This document shows, piece by piece, positions 19,268 to 29,916 of a DNA stretch of 64,000 bases. This stretch comes from an uncultured Nitrospiraceae bacterium (GTDB lineage: Bacteria; Nitrospirota; Thermodesulfovibrionia; Thermodesulfovibrionales; SM23-35), in contig CAVSHB010000001.1 of the NCBI GenBank assembly GCA_963727775.1, positions 896,001 through 960,000 on the forward strand, written 5' to 3'. The notes below the pieces were generated by a model. That model saw only the letters and a list, made by a program, of their open reading frames with translations, did no database searches and was not told the DNA's origin. The position numbers were made by a program, and so were the translations under genes. Every line of letters starts with the position of its first letter. The stretch's first letter is position 1.

Positions 19268-20650
19268 GATAGCGTAAGATCAATTCTGCAAATATGAATC
19301 AGGGTATAATTCTCAATGGAAAAAGCAATCTCTCAAAGAGAGAAAGGAGAATTATACCCATGAGAAGAATTTTATCAAAGAAGGCGAAAAAAGTCATTGA
19401 GGATGGAGTGCAGGAGTTTATGGCGATGCCCCCGTTAGCGGAGTTGACGAGGATCGGAGCGAGGATGATGTTAGAGTCGGCGATGGAAGAAGAAGTGACG
19501 GCATATCTTCAGAGAGACTATTATGAGAGGAATGCCTGCGCTAAAGGAAGCCGGAGTGGATCGAAGCCCAGAACCGTGAAGATCGGTAGCGGTGATATAG
19601 GGCTAAAGATGCCGCAGGTAAGGAATGCCGGTGGCCCATTTCATTCCCGGATATTGCCGCCACGGATGACCCAGATGGATGAAATACAGGAAATCATCCC
19701 TCTTTTGTATATGAACGGCCTGTCCAGCAGGAAGGTAAAGAAAGCTGTGGGTAAACTCATAGGCAAGAAAGGCCTGAGCCATCAGAATGTCATAAGGATC
19801 AGCGGCAGGATCGTCGATGAGTTCAATGCATGGAAGAAGCGGGACTTATCGATGCTGCAGGTGGTGTATCTTGTTCTGGACGGCGTACGGATGGGAGTAA
19901 GGGCCGGGACCAAGGAGAAAGAGGCGGTGCTGGTGGCCTGGGCGTTTCTGGAGGACGGCAGCCGGGAGCTCGTGGGCGTGTCCCTTGGCAACAGTGAATC
20001 GTACAATGCGTGGAAAGGTTTTCTGGAGGATCTCACGAAACGGGGCATAAGTGAACCAATGCTCACGGTTATCGATGGCTGTCCCGGCCTTATCAAGGCG
20101 GTGGATGAAGTCTTCCCTGAATCAGACAAACAGCGCTGCACGAAGCACAGGACTGAAAACGTGCTGGATAAAGTACTGGAACAGGACAAGGCATCAGTAA
20201 AAGAGTCAGTAAGGAAGGTGTTTTACGCCTCGACCTATGAGCACGCAAAGGAGGCCGTGGAAATGTTCAAGAAGAAGTGGCGCATGAAATATCCTTCGGC
20301 AGTGGAATGCCTGACTGAAAATATAGAAGACTGTCTGACCTATTACAAATATCCTTACCAGCACTGGCTTAGAATTCGGACGACCAATATAGTGGAGAGG
20401 AGCTTCAAGGAGGTGAAGCGAAGGGTAAAGGTAGCAGGCCGGTTTCAGAAGGAGGAGCGTGCGCTCACCATGGTTTACTGGCAGCTCCACGAACTTAGAT
20501 GGAACGGTGTAAGCATGACCAAGGAGGCAAAGGCAATCCTTACGAGGATCCGGGCATCAAGGATGCAAAGGGTTGCGGCATAATCGTATCAATGAAAACC
20601 CTTGAGAATAAAGCCCTGAAGAGAATTTACAGAAAAGACTTGACACTGTC
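19268..20650 (+). mobile_element. IS256-family insertion sequence
   Basis: 8-bp TSD AAACCGTT (19260-19267, 20651-20658); imperfect ~26-bp terminal inverted repeats. Confidence 0.92.
19294..20583 (+). CDS. IS256-family transposase
   Basis: LDG, IDGCPGL, QRCTKH, TTNIVERSFKEVKRR. Confidence 0.95.
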   Translation: MNQGIILNGKSNLSKRERRIIPMRRILSKKAKKVIEDGVQEFMAMPPLAELTRIGARMMLESAMEEEVTAYLQRDYYERNACAKGSRSGSKPRTVKIGSGDIGLKMPQVRNAGGPFHSRILPPRMTQMDEIQEIIPLLYMNGLSSRKVKKAVGKLIGKKGLSHQNVIRISGRIVDEFNAWKKRDLSMLQVVYLVLDGVRMGVRAGTKEKEAVLVAWAFLEDGSRELVGVSLGNSESYNAWKGFLEDLTKRGISEPMLTVIDGCPGLIKAVDEVFPESDKQRCTKHRTENVLDKVLEQDKASVKESVRKVFYASTYEHAKEAVEMFKKKWRMKYPSAVECLTENIEDCLTYYKYPYQHWLRIRTTNIVERSFKEVKRRVKVAGRFQKEERALTMVYWQLHELRWNGVSMTKEAKAILTRIRASRMQRVAA

Positions 20651-20754
20651 AAACCGTTTCCATTGCTCAAAGTGCGGGCTTTGAAGTTTCACGTGACTTA
20701 AAAATAAAAAGAAGTCGTGCCGTCTTGTTGCGAACGCGGTGAGACTCGTCTCCC

Positions 20755-22209
20755 TCAGCTGGGGTAAGTTCCGACTAAGACTTTTAATCCACGGCTTCTG
20801 CTTGGATGTTTGAGTTTTCTCAATGCTTTTGCCTCTATTTGTCTGACCCTCTCACGAGTAATGGAAAAATGGTTCCCGACTTCTTCAAGTGTGCAGTCTT
20901 TTTCGCATGCGATACCAAATCTCATCCTAATAATCTCAGCCTCTCTGGGAGATAGAGTATTAAGGACCTTCAGTATATGCTCTGTAACATCATTCTTTTC
21001 CGTATTGGCATATGGGGAAGGGCTATCTTTATCACAGATAACATCACCTATCGTTGAACCTTCATCCCCTATAGGAGTTTGGAGAGCTATTGTGTCACGC
21101 ACTGCTGTGAATACTTCCTCGAGTTTTCCTATCGGCACTTCCAATCTTTTCGCAAGTTCTTCTTTGCTCGGATCTCTTCCGAGCTTCTGTCTTAATTCAG
21201 TGGACGCTTTGGTAGCCTTACTATAAAAGTCAGCCGCATGTACCGGAACTCTGATAGTTTTTGCCTGATCCATTAATCCCCTCGTTATGCCCTGCCTTAT
21301 CCACCATGTTGCATAGGTGCTGAATTTGAACCCCTTTTTATAGTCAAACTTATCTATAGACCTCATGAGACCTATATTCCCTTCCTGAATCAGATCCAGC
21401 AGATTCAATCCCCTTCCTATATAGTGCTTCGCTATATTAATTACCAATCTCAGGTTGTGAGTTATTAATTCATTCTTGGCTTCACTAACAAGGATTCCCG
21501 CCCTGGTTATTCTGTCCCAATTAGCTTTCAATCGGTCAATCTTAATCCCCACCTCTGATTCAACACGCTTATACTCATCCTCAACTTCCTTTGCAAGGGT
21601 AATAAGTTGTATAGAATTGATATCCTGTTTCTTTTTGTCTTTAATTATTTTTTTTAAGTTTTTTAAAGTCCCATATCTTGTAATCTTTCTATCCGCTATT
21701 TCTATTTTTGCCATGAGATCGTCAAGGACCTTTAAGCTTATTACCAATGCTTTATCTGCTTTCTCTTCTTCGGAATTGTTCATGTCCTCTTCGTCTTTTC
21801 CCTCTAAATTCATTTCAGTTCTCTTATATAAAGGCAACGAAGTAATTATCCCTTTAATAATCTCTTTCCCTTCTTCCAATCTTTTGGCAAGCTCTATTTC
21901 TTCGGCCTTTTTAAGTATTGCGATGTTTCCCATCGAATGAAAATATGTTTGGACAATATCCTCTGTTTTTTCATGCTCCTCTTCTTCCTCTGAAGCCAGG
22001 ACTTCTTCTGCAAACGGATCATGATCCTGATCGTCTATAACTTCAACTCCCGCATCATGCAGAAGATCAATCAGTTCTTCCATTTCATCCGTAGAAAAAT
22101 ATTCTGAAGGAACGGCAGCATTTATCTCTGCATAGGTAAGCTTTCCGGAACTCTTGCCTCTATCCATAAGCTCTTCAAAAATCTCTTCAATCGTATCATC
22201 TTTTTCCAT
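20755..22209 (-). CDS. RpoD-like sigma-70 factor
   Basis: Region 1.1, NLRLVINIAK, DLIQEGNIGL, FSTYATWWIRQ, TRERVRQIE. Confidence 0.9.
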   Translation of the reverse strand: MEKDDTIEEIFEELMDRGKSSGKLTYAEINAAVPSEYFSTDEMEELIDLLHDAGVEVIDDQDHDPFAEEVLASEEEEEHEKTEDIVQTYFHSMGNIAILKKAEEIELAKRLEEGKEIIKGIITSLPLYKRTEMNLEGKDEEDMNNSEEEKADKALVISLKVLDDLMAKIEIADRKITRYGTLKNLKKIIKDKKKQDINSIQLITLAKEVEDEYKRVESEVGIKIDRLKANWDRITRAGILVSEAKNELITHNLRLVINIAKHYIGRGLNLLDLIQEGNIGLMRSIDKFDYKKGFKFSTYATWWIRQGITRGLMDQAKTIRVPVHAADFYSKATKASTELRQKLGRDPSKEELAKRLEVPIGKLEEVFTAVRDTIALQTPIGDEGSTIGDVICDKDSPSPYANTEKNDVTEHILKVLNTLSPREAEIIRMRFGIACEKDCTLEEVGNHFSITRERVRQIEAKALRKLKHPSRSRGLKVLVGTYPS

Positions 22210-22483
22210 AGTACTCCTTAAAACAAATTTATTGCTGTTACCCGTGTGAGAAGAATATCCGTCGAGTTTGTTGGTGTATTCCCTTTTGAGCTTGCAACAG
22301 GAGTGAAATAGATAAGGGTTAGACCATGAGAAGCTCACTTACTATTGTACCAAGAATAGTGATTTAATGTTGTATTAGGTCCTTATAATGATTTCAGCTC
22401 CGGGTTAAATTAGGCAAAGGTGATGGTAACGCCGGTCTGCCGGGATATCCCCGGGGCTGCATTTGCATGGTCAGGCCGCCGCG

Positions 22484-23116
22484 CTACTTCGTTATTATTG
22501 ACTTCAACCATTTATACGGTATCAGCATGGACACCCTTTTCTGATAGGCGCGGTATTTTCCCCCAAATTCCCTTACCAGTTTTTTTTCTTCCAGATAAGT
22601 TCCTACAAGCAAATAGGATGTAAGTATCGCATTTACAAGGATTGCGGAGATGTCCAGCGGCCTTGCCCAGATAAGGAGCATACTTGCGAGATACCAGGGA
22701 TGTCGTATGATACTCAGGACACCCGAAGTGTCCAACTCTCCGGCATCGGCTATACCCTTCTTCGAGGTCCTTTCTCGTATCTGTCTGAATCCCAGGAATT
22801 GGGCTGCATCATAGTGGCATGCTCCGAGGAAGAACAATAAAGCAGCTGTTCCCAGTAAGAGAACCTGGATTATCCGCATATATCCATCCCAACGGAATAT
22901 CGGTTCAGTTCGTGCAGAGGATGCATACAAGACTACAGGTATCAGGGTTAGAGCTGAGACCACGTTGAAGAACAGTCGATAAAACCGAAATGTGTGACCC
23001 AGCCTTTTATGAAGATATTCCGTCACCGATATCGATATCAGTGCGCTGTGCAAAACGCACCAGGCAATAACAAGCAAGGAAAGGACGATGTATTTCATGT
23101 AATTTATTGGCTCCAT
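22484..23116 (-). CDS. NnrU / isoprenylcysteine methyltransferase-like membrane protein
   Basis: Transmembrane segments, RHPWY, EEKKL...YRAYQKRV. Confidence 0.8.
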   Translation of the reverse strand: MEPINYMKYIVLSLLVIAWCVLHSALISISVTEYLHKRLGHTFRFYRLFFNVVSALTLIPVVLYASSARTEPIFRWDGYMRIIQVLLLGTAALLFFLGACHYDAAQFLGFRQIRERTSKKGIADAGELDTSGVLSIIRHPWYLASMLLIWARPLDISAILVNAILTSYLLVGTYLEEKKLVREFGGKYRAYQKRVSMLIPYKWLKSIITK

Positions 23117-23123
23117 GACCAGG

Positions 23124-23385
23124 TTATAATACGAAAACGCCTGCTAACTCTCTGAAGCTTGGGCTTGTGGGCGTGAGCTTATGAATGTAACGCACGAGAC
23201 TCAAGAGATAGCTGTCTTTGTCGCAGAGATAGGATTTATATCGCCCCTGAAATAAGTGTCCGACCTTCTCATATTTCCTGTTGAAATACTGTGTATAGGT
23301 AAAATTGATCATCTGCATGATGCGCGATATCGGGTCATTGGGTGTCTCGATCAGGAGATGAACGTGATTAGTCATGAGAACATAT
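23124..23385 (-). pseudogene. RAYT (Y1 HUH) transposase fragment
   Basis: YVLMTNHVHLL, GHLFQGRYKS, RYIH; both ends missing. Confidence 0.8.
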
Positions 23386-23487
23386 GTTCTGGCTGGGGTT
23401 CCACCACCATGAATGGCGGCTACCTTCTCTGATAAATTCACATCTTTGTGACCGCAGAAGATACTTCAGCAGTTCACTGCGCTTCAT
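23386..23487 (-). pseudogene. hicA: truncated HicA toxin
   Basis: MKRSELLKYL...REGSRHSWWWNPSQN, then joins RAYT sequence. Confidence 0.75.
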
Positions 23488-23696
23488 ACCGCGATTTTTT
23501 CTTCTTTATATCCTGAACCTACAGCGGCGATAGCGTCCTTTCGGTTAAAGTCAAGGGCCTCTTTCAGGGTTAGCCGAAGGCTTTTAAGCAGTTCGTCATA
23601 CGTTCCTTCCTGACAGTTTACACCCGGAATTTCCTCTATCCATCCAATCCACCAATTACCTGATTGCTTTATTACTGTTGTATATTCTGCATTCAT
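23484..23696 (-). CDS. hicB: HicB antitoxin (cassette 9)
   Basis: WWIGWIEEIPGVNCQ. Confidence 0.85.
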   Translation of the reverse strand: MNAEYTTVIKQSGNWWIGWIEEIPGVNCQEGTYDELLKSLRLTLKEALDFNRKDAIAAVGSGYKEEKIAV

Positions 23697-23760
23697 AATT
23701 TACCTCCTTATACAAACCATTATAACGTAACATGGGAAACTTTTGGCATCATTCTATTTG

Positions 23761-23820
23761 CTATAACGATGGAAATATACGGCAGAGCAAAGCGGAGTCC
23801 GCATGATTGATTTGTTAAGC
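23761..23820 (-). mobile_element. attC site
   Basis: Minus strand GCTTAAC...GTTATAG. Confidence 0.7.
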
Positions 23821-24099
23821 CCTTTTTTTCTCTAATAAGTATCCTGATACGTATTTATGAATGATACTGGATATTAATGTTTGGTAAGGAATTCCCTCCT
23901 GTGCAGCAATGACTTGCACCTGATCCAAATCTTTTGATGACATCCGAATATTTATTCTCTTGTCTTTTTGCAGTGTGTTCCTTGCGTACTCCTGTAATTT
24001 CTTAATTTCCGCCTTTGGATTCTTAACAGGTTTCCATTCTCCACGCTCATATGAATCAAGAATATCTTTTTCTTCTGCATCTAATATTATCTTTTTCAT
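23815..24099 (-). CDS. CopG/BrnA-like antitoxin (cassette 8)
   Basis: KDKRINIRMS, GIPYQTLI. Confidence 0.85.
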   Translation of the reverse strand: MKKIILDAEEKDILDSYERGEWKPVKNPKAEIKKLQEYARNTLQKDKRINIRMSSKDLDQVQVIAAQEGIPYQTLISSIIHKYVSGYLLEKKRA

Positions 24100-24374
24100 T
24101 TTTTTGACCTCATATATTTGTTTGTAGCTTTTCTGCTGGGAATTATGGTTTTTAAAAATATCTCGTCGCTTTCCTGAACATAAGGAACGAGATAGGCATA
24201 ATCATCAATCATGACTGTCGCTATTTTTTGACCCGGATATTTATTTTGATTTGGGTGTTCAATTGTTTCCAGAATATCTTCCCTTTCCATCAAAATAACG
24301 ACTTGTTCAAAACAAACACCTCTGCTGTTTTTCAATAATTCATTCTTTTCATTGTCCCATCGGAAAACCTTCAT
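24096..24374 (-). CDS. BrnT-like toxin (cassette 8)
   Basis: FRWDNEKNE...RGVCFE...KTIIPSRK. Confidence 0.8.
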   Translation of the reverse strand: MKVFRWDNEKNELLKNSRGVCFEQVVILMEREDILETIEHPNQNKYPGQKIATVMIDDYAYLVPYVQESDEIFLKTIIPSRKATNKYMRSKK

Positions 24375-24422
24375 GATATATAATTACGACATTGTGTGCC
24401 TTTTGTCAATATTATTTTCCGG

Positions 24423-24510
24423 GATTAACGCGGCACTAAGCCGCCCGGCTACAAGCCTTTACCAACTCAAAACGGTGTTAATCCGGGTCGGCTTGAGTGA
24501 TTCGTTATGT
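24423..24510 (-). mobile_element. attC site
   Basis: Minus strand ACATAAC...GTTAATC with palindromic arms. Confidence 0.8.
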
Positions 24511-24513
24511 GGC

Positions 24514-24771
24514 TCACTTGTATACATCTCGTCTATGTCCAACTTTAACAACTATAATATGTAATTCGCGGTCGGAAACTGAATAGATTATTCTGTAAAC
24601 TCCCTGCCGAATTCTGTATCTGTTTTCTCCTGTTAATTTTTCACATCCTTGGGGTCGGGGTGTATTCGCCAGTCCCTGAATCTTCTGAATTATCCGGAGG
24701 CGATCTTTTCGTGGAATGTTCTCAATTTCTTTGACTGCGGATGGCTTGATGAGGATATTATATTTTGCCAC
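24514..24771 (-). CDS. RelE/ParE toxin (cassette 7)
   Basis: PRPQGCEKL, YRIRQGVYRIIY, VGHRRDVY. Confidence 0.9.
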   Translation of the reverse strand: MAKYNILIKPSAVKEIENIPRKDRLRIIQKIQGLANTPRPQGCEKLTGENRYRIRQGVYRIIYSVSDRELHIIVVKVGHRRDVYK

Positions 24772-24991
24772 GCCTCTTCAGGTCCTTGAGAACTTCCTCA
24801 AATGACAGGTTAGTCTCATGTGCCCTTTCTGCAAACGCAGCGATGTCTTCTGCATCTTCCGCGAAGACGATTCGGATTGCCTCATTGACGATATCAGAGA
24901 CAGAACTATCAGTTTCAGCGGCTTTTAGACGAAGAGCCTTATGGATCTGGGGGTCAAAATAAATTGTTGATTTCTTGGCTATTGTTTTCAT
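24758..24991 (-). CDS. CopG-family antitoxin (cassette 7)
   Basis: KSTIYFDP...LRLKAAE; overlaps the toxin. Confidence 0.85.
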   Translation of the reverse strand: MKTIAKKSTIYFDPQIHKALRLKAAETDSSVSDIVNEAIRIVFAEDAEDIAAFAERAHETNLSFEEVLKDLKRRGKI

Positions 24992-25266
24992 GTTTTTAAG
25001 ATACCATCATGAAGGCAAAGCGTCAAGACGCAAAATTATTAATTTGCATCATAAAATGGGGACGGTTCTAATTTATCTCATTGCCGGTCTTTCTCGGCCT
25101 GCCTACCGGGCGTATCACTGCTTTCATTCTATATCTGGCCCCCACTGTCTTAACTAACTCTTCGTCACCATACACAGCCCGCTTTCTCATTACCCCTTTC
25201 ATCGCATCCTTTTCTTTAAGCAGCCCTTTCACGAATTCCCGATAGCTTCTTCGTCGTTCGTTTTCC

Positions 25267-26355
25267 TCATCCGCTATTTAGTGTCCCACTAACGGCTTTA
25301 CAATGAACGACCTTTTCCAAGATGGCATCGACCTTTTTCGTCCAGACAAACGGCTTGGGACTCTCGTTGTTGATCTGGATGAAGTCTTCTATTGCAGCAA
25401 CAAGTTCCGAAACACTGCGAAAAACTCCACAGCGAATGCGTTTCCGTGTGATCTCTCCGAACCATCTCTCCACCAGATTCAACCATGAGGAACTGGTCGG
25501 CGTGAAATGAAGGTGAAATCGGGGATGTTTTTTCAGCCATGCTTTAACCTTGGGATGGTTGTGCGTACCATAATTATCCAGAATCATATGGACGCCCAAT
25601 TCCGAGGGTACGGTGGCGTCGATCTGTCGCAGGAATTTCCGAAATTCGATGTTGCGATGCCTCGGATAACAGGAGCCAATAACTTTTCCCTCCAGCACAT
25701 TCAACGCCGCGAACAGACACGTAGTGCCATTGCGCTTATAGTCATGGGTCATGGTTCGGCAGCGCCCTTTCTTCATCGGCAAGCCGGGTTGTGTCCGATC
25801 CAACGCTTGAACTTGGCTCTTCTCGTCAACACACAGCACCACCGCCTTGTCCGGCGGATTCAAGTACACTCCCACCACGTCCGTCAGTTTTTCAACAAAC
25901 CGCTTGTCCTTGGATAACTTGAATGTCTCAACGCGATGAGGCTGAAGACCGTGCGCGTCCCATATACGTTGCACCGTGGACTTGCCGACTCCCTGAGCCC
26001 TTGCCATCGAACGCACCGACCACTGCGTGGCATCGCGAGGTGTCGTGTGGAGAGTCGCTTCGACAATGGCCTTCACCCGGTCCGGCGGAAGAGCCTGTGG
26101 ACTCGGGCCATGGGGTGCGTCCTCGGCCAATCCCATCGGTCCATGCTCTTCGAAACGTTTGCGCCATTGGATTACTGTCGGGCGGGAGGTGGACAGTTGG
26201 GCCGCGATAGCGTTGTTCGACAAGCCATCCGCCGCCAAAAGACAAATACTCGCTCGCAGTACTGCTCGCTGAGGGCTGGTCTTAGCCCGTTTCCAAGCTT
26301 CCAATGTCCTGCGCTGCTCTTTTGTCATCTCCAGAACTTCTGCTTTTTCCCACAT
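25267..26355 (-). CDS. IS630-family transposase
   Basis: VDEKSQVQAL, HDYKRNGT, LDNYGTH, SWLNLVERWF. Confidence 0.93.
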   Translation of the reverse strand: MWEKAEVLEMTKEQRRTLEAWKRAKTSPQRAVLRASICLLAADGLSNNAIAAQLSTSRPTVIQWRKRFEEHGPMGLAEDAPHGPSPQALPPDRVKAIVEATLHTTPRDATQWSVRSMARAQGVGKSTVQRIWDAHGLQPHRVETFKLSKDKRFVEKLTDVVGVYLNPPDKAVVLCVDEKSQVQALDRTQPGLPMKKGRCRTMTHDYKRNGTTCLFAALNVLEGKVIGSCYPRHRNIEFRKFLRQIDATVPSELGVHMILDNYGTHNHPKVKAWLKKHPRFHLHFTPTSSSWLNLVERWFGEITRKRIRCGVFRSVSELVAAIEDFIQINNESPKPFVWTKKVDAILEKVVHCKAVSGTLNSG

Positions 26356-26412
26356 GCCATATAGCTTACCATGACAACTAATCATTGTCCAGCTTTTAGT
26401 GGGACAGTACAC
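25281..26412 (-). mobile_element. IS630-family insertion sequence
   Basis: Flanking TA at 25279-25280 and 26413-26414; terminal repeats share TGTCCCACTAA. Confidence 0.85.
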
Positions 26413-26660
26413 TAGAATATTGTAAATTGGATGTTTGTCTGTTATCGGATCAACCTTTCCGTAGGCATATGCATTGTAACTGCTCCACCGATAATTCTTA
26501 GGGTCCTCAACTATTCTTGCCCTTACCGGATTTAACTCTACATAGCTTCCACAGGCAAGCAAATAATCGTCCTTTGATACAACGATGCTCTTGTATCTAT
26601 CCTGCCAAAAATGGCCGATGTGACTATATCTTCTTTTATAATGCTGTGCATAGGAGAGGT

Positions 26661-27156
<496 letters not shown>

Positions 27157-27174
27157 TTATTTTATTATTTTGCG

Positions 27175-27265
27175 GTCTAACGACCAAAAATAACCCGCAC
27201 GGGAAATAGACTTGCATGAAAGCAAACCAGCGTTAATTCGTGTCGGGTTGATTTTCTTGTTACCC
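27175..27265 (-). mobile_element. attC site
   Basis: Minus strand GGGTAAC...GTTAGAC; R'' complements the cassette start GTTACCC. Confidence 0.8.
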
Positions 27266-27270
27266 CAGTA

Positions 27271-27552
27271 TTATCTTCGCTTTAAATAGCTTTTGAGGTC
27301 CTTATAATAATTTTCATGTGGACCGATCATGATTAATTCCATATCCGATTTAATCATTCTGTACGAAAGAAGATACTGAAGAGATTTGATTTTGAACTTA
27401 TGGACATAGATGCCTCTGAGATTTCCCTTCTTCTCATCCCCGATCAAAGGATTGTCGGTTATTTGTCTGATTTCGTCGTCAAGTATTTCTTTTTCTTGTT
27501 TTGATAATTTCTTGACTTTGTTTTCAAATGATCGTGACTGATAAATCTTCAT
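27271..27552 (-). CDS. RelE/ParE-like toxin (cassette 5)
   Basis: GDEKKGNL...VHKF...GPHENYY. Confidence 0.85.
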   Translation of the reverse strand: MKIYQSRSFENKVKKLSKQEKEILDDEIRQITDNPLIGDEKKGNLRGIYVHKFKIKSLQYLLSYRMIKSDMELIMIGPHENYYKDLKSYLKRR

Positions 27553-27555
27553 TAT

Positions 27556-27780
27556 TTATCCGAACGTATACTCCGACCGCTCACCCTGTTCTAGTTCCTG
27601 TAGTCCGATAAGAATTTCTTTGATAAGACTGTATGTCAAATCCGGATTGTCTTCTGCACATTTGCCGATCTTTGCCCAGTGCTCTATTTGGCCTGTTATA
27701 GAGCGATGGTCAACATGACTATACTTTTTAGCCTCTTTTACCAATTTTTCGGATATTCTTACAGCCGTTGCCATTTTCAT
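27556..27780 (-). CDS. ParD-like antitoxin (cassette 5)
   Basis: RSITGQIEHWAKIGK...NPDL. Confidence 0.85.
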   Translation of the reverse strand: MKMATAVRISEKLVKEAKKYSHVDHRSITGQIEHWAKIGKCAEDNPDLTYSLIKEILIGLQELEQGERSEYTFG

Positions 27781-27856
27781 ACCTCCGTTCAGTTTTTAAT
27801 TTATTATAAACATTGACATAGCATATTGCAACTAATTGTATACATATTGATTCGTG

Positions 27857-27924
27857 GGGTAACGCTCAAGCTCACGGGGAGGCGTGGCAGTTTCACGCTG
27901 ATCCAGTGCAGCGCATCGTTATGC
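27857..27924 (-). mobile_element. attC site
   Basis: Minus strand GCATAAC...GTTACCC; core nearly identical to 31051-31119. Confidence 0.85.
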
Positions 27925-27957
27925 CTTTCTCCGTTTATATAGATAACCAGTTATTAA

Positions 27958-29578
27958 CCCAAAAAGTGCAGTTGACCTAAAATAATATCCCCGAAGAAAT
28001 TCTCCTTTCGTATTAGAATCAATAGGTTTAAGCGACCATCAACTCTAAACGAAAGGAGAATAGAAATATGCAGTCAAAATGTAGCACAAAGATCGAAATA
28101 AATAAAGTAAGGATTGGATTTACGGAGAAGAAGATGACGGCATATGGGGGATTCAGTTTATTGGCTGCATTTTTTGAAAAGATCAAATTGAGAGGAATTT
28201 TGCAAGAGGTGATTCCGATCCATGAGAGTTCACCCAATGGAATGGGGATATACAGCAAGGTATTGGCATACATCCTTCTGATCTATGCGGGAGGCAGCAG
28301 GTTTTCTCATCTACTTTATCTTGGTTGGCAGGAGATTTTCACCGATCTTTTTGCAGTGAAGAGGCTTCCTATCGCCTCGACGACATTGGGCAGGCTTTTC
28401 AGGAAGATCAGAAAACTGAAGGAAGTGGAAGAGATGTCGGAGGGATTATGGGGATACTTGAAGAGATTGATCCCCTGGAAAGAGCTCAAAGAGGACTGGT
28501 TGACGTTCGATTCTACAGTCCTTGAGCGATACGGAAAACAGGAGGGAGTCAAGAGGGGATATAACCCGAAGAAGAAGGGCCGTGGTAGCCACAGCCCGCT
28601 TCTGGCATTTCTTAACAGAAACAAGTATGTGATAAATCTTTGGAACCGCCCCGGCAACGTGATGTCATGGAACAACATTATTGGATTTTTTGAATCCACA
28701 TGGCAGAGGATCAACGGTCATATCGATATCAAGGGCATTATTGCAGACAGTGGATTTTATCTTAGGGAGTTCATCGAACTGCTTGAGAAGAGAAAATTAA
28801 TCTATATCATAGCCGCTCGCCTATACCGTCCTTTGCAGAGGATGGTTTATGCACAACAAAACTGGAAGCGGATAGAAGAGGGGATATGGATCACGGAGTT
28901 CTTTTTCCAGCATGTCGATTGGATAACCGACAGGAGATTCATTGCAGTCCGGCAGGATATAAAGAAGAGGCCGCATGCGATGGGGAAGGAGTTATCTCTT
29001 TTTAGAGATGAGTTTGATACAGGGAATTATCGTTACAGCGTATGGATAACCAATTCACATGATCCCGCATATGAGGTATGGAAGCAGTGCAGGCCGAGGG
29101 CGAACGATGAGAATACCATCAAGGAACTGAAAGAGGATTTTGCGCTTGGAGGGTTCTCGATGAAGTATTTCTATTCAACAGAGGCGGCAATGCTTATTCG
29201 GGTATTCATCTACAATCTGTTTGTCCTGTTTCGACATCAGATACTGGGGCAGAAAGAAAAGATAGAACGCCTGAAGACCTTGCGGTATAAGTATTTTGTC
29301 CTCCCCGCCCAATTGGGAGGAGATGGCAGAAGGCTGGTATTGCGGATCTCCGTCTTTACACAGAAAGTACGATCAAAACTGTTATACCTCTTTAACCGCA
29401 TAAGACAATACTTTCCGCCAGGTCTTGATAATTGCACTGCAGTTGGATGATGACAATAAACTTCAAAAGGAGGTATGTCAAAAAACAGTGTAAAGATTAG
29501 CTTTGCTAACGCTAATTCCGAGAATGCCTTGATAGGCTTGGATCTATAGGCATGTCTTTTCCAATTGCACTTTTCGGG
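27958..29578 (+). mobile_element. IS1380-family insertion sequence
   Basis: TSD TTAA; terminal inverted repeats CCCAAAAAGTGCAGTT / AATTGCACTTTTCGGG. Confidence 0.9.
28068..29450 (+). CDS. IS1380-family transposase
   Basis: TAYGG, FDST, RPGN, ADSGF, RANDENTIKELK. Confidence 0.92.
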   Translation: MQSKCSTKIEINKVRIGFTEKKMTAYGGFSLLAAFFEKIKLRGILQEVIPIHESSPNGMGIYSKVLAYILLIYAGGSRFSHLLYLGWQEIFTDLFAVKRLPIASTTLGRLFRKIRKLKEVEEMSEGLWGYLKRLIPWKELKEDWLTFDSTVLERYGKQEGVKRGYNPKKKGRGSHSPLLAFLNRNKYVINLWNRPGNVMSWNNIIGFFESTWQRINGHIDIKGIIADSGFYLREFIELLEKRKLIYIIAARLYRPLQRMVYAQQNWKRIEEGIWITEFFFQHVDWITDRRFIAVRQDIKKRPHAMGKELSLFRDEFDTGNYRYSVWITNSHDPAYEVWKQCRPRANDENTIKELKEDFALGGFSMKYFYSTEAAMLIRVFIYNLFVLFRHQILGQKEKIERLKTLRYKYFVLPAQLGGDGRRLVLRISVFTQKVRSKLLYLFNRIRQYFPPGLDNCTAVG

Positions 29579-29826
29579 TTAATGAATTAATAATGAGCGT
29601 TCCGAATATTACGATAAATTTTACGGTCCACGAATAGTCCAGCCCTATCAAATATATAATTGCCGAGAAGACGATTAGGCCAATGAGCAGGTACAAATAA
29701 TAGATAGTGTTGCCGACTTTCTTTTTGAAGTCGGTCAGATACCACGCATTGGAGATGGCACCAAGCAGCCATAATAAGCCAATGAACAAATATAGAAGTT
29801 CATTTTTCATTCTATTTTAATATTCG

Positions 29827-29913
29827 GCATAACGATTTAAATGAGGCGCAGGGGCAACCACCCCTGAAAACCCGCCCCGCTTATTCCCTGTCGCCTCGAT
29901 TTGGGTGTTAGAA
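29827..29913 (-). mobile_element. attC site
   Basis: Minus strand TTCTAAC...GTTATGC. Confidence 0.8.
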
Positions 29914-29916
29914 GCA

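Larger units (their letters stand above)
18794..20742 (+). pseudogene. class I SAM methyltransferase interrupted by IS256
   Basis: VLDIGCGMG; frame resumes after the IS as SIAQSAGFEV...RTR*. Confidence 0.85.
25051..26660 (-). pseudogene. RAYT transposase remnant interrupted by IS630
   Basis: GHFWQDRYKS, YVELNPVRA, YRWSSY before the IS; ...GRPRK tail and AATTAGAACCGTCCCCATTTT end motif after it. Confidence 0.8.
27919..29810 (-). pseudogene. small membrane protein (cassette 4) split by IS1380
   Basis: Removing the IS restores ...IINSLITGYLYKRRKA* with the stop inside the attC R'' box. Confidence 0.75.

Noticed and set aside
25267..26562. 431-aa RAYT-IS630 fusion transposase
   Set aside because: Chance in-frame read-through from the RAYT remnant across the IS end
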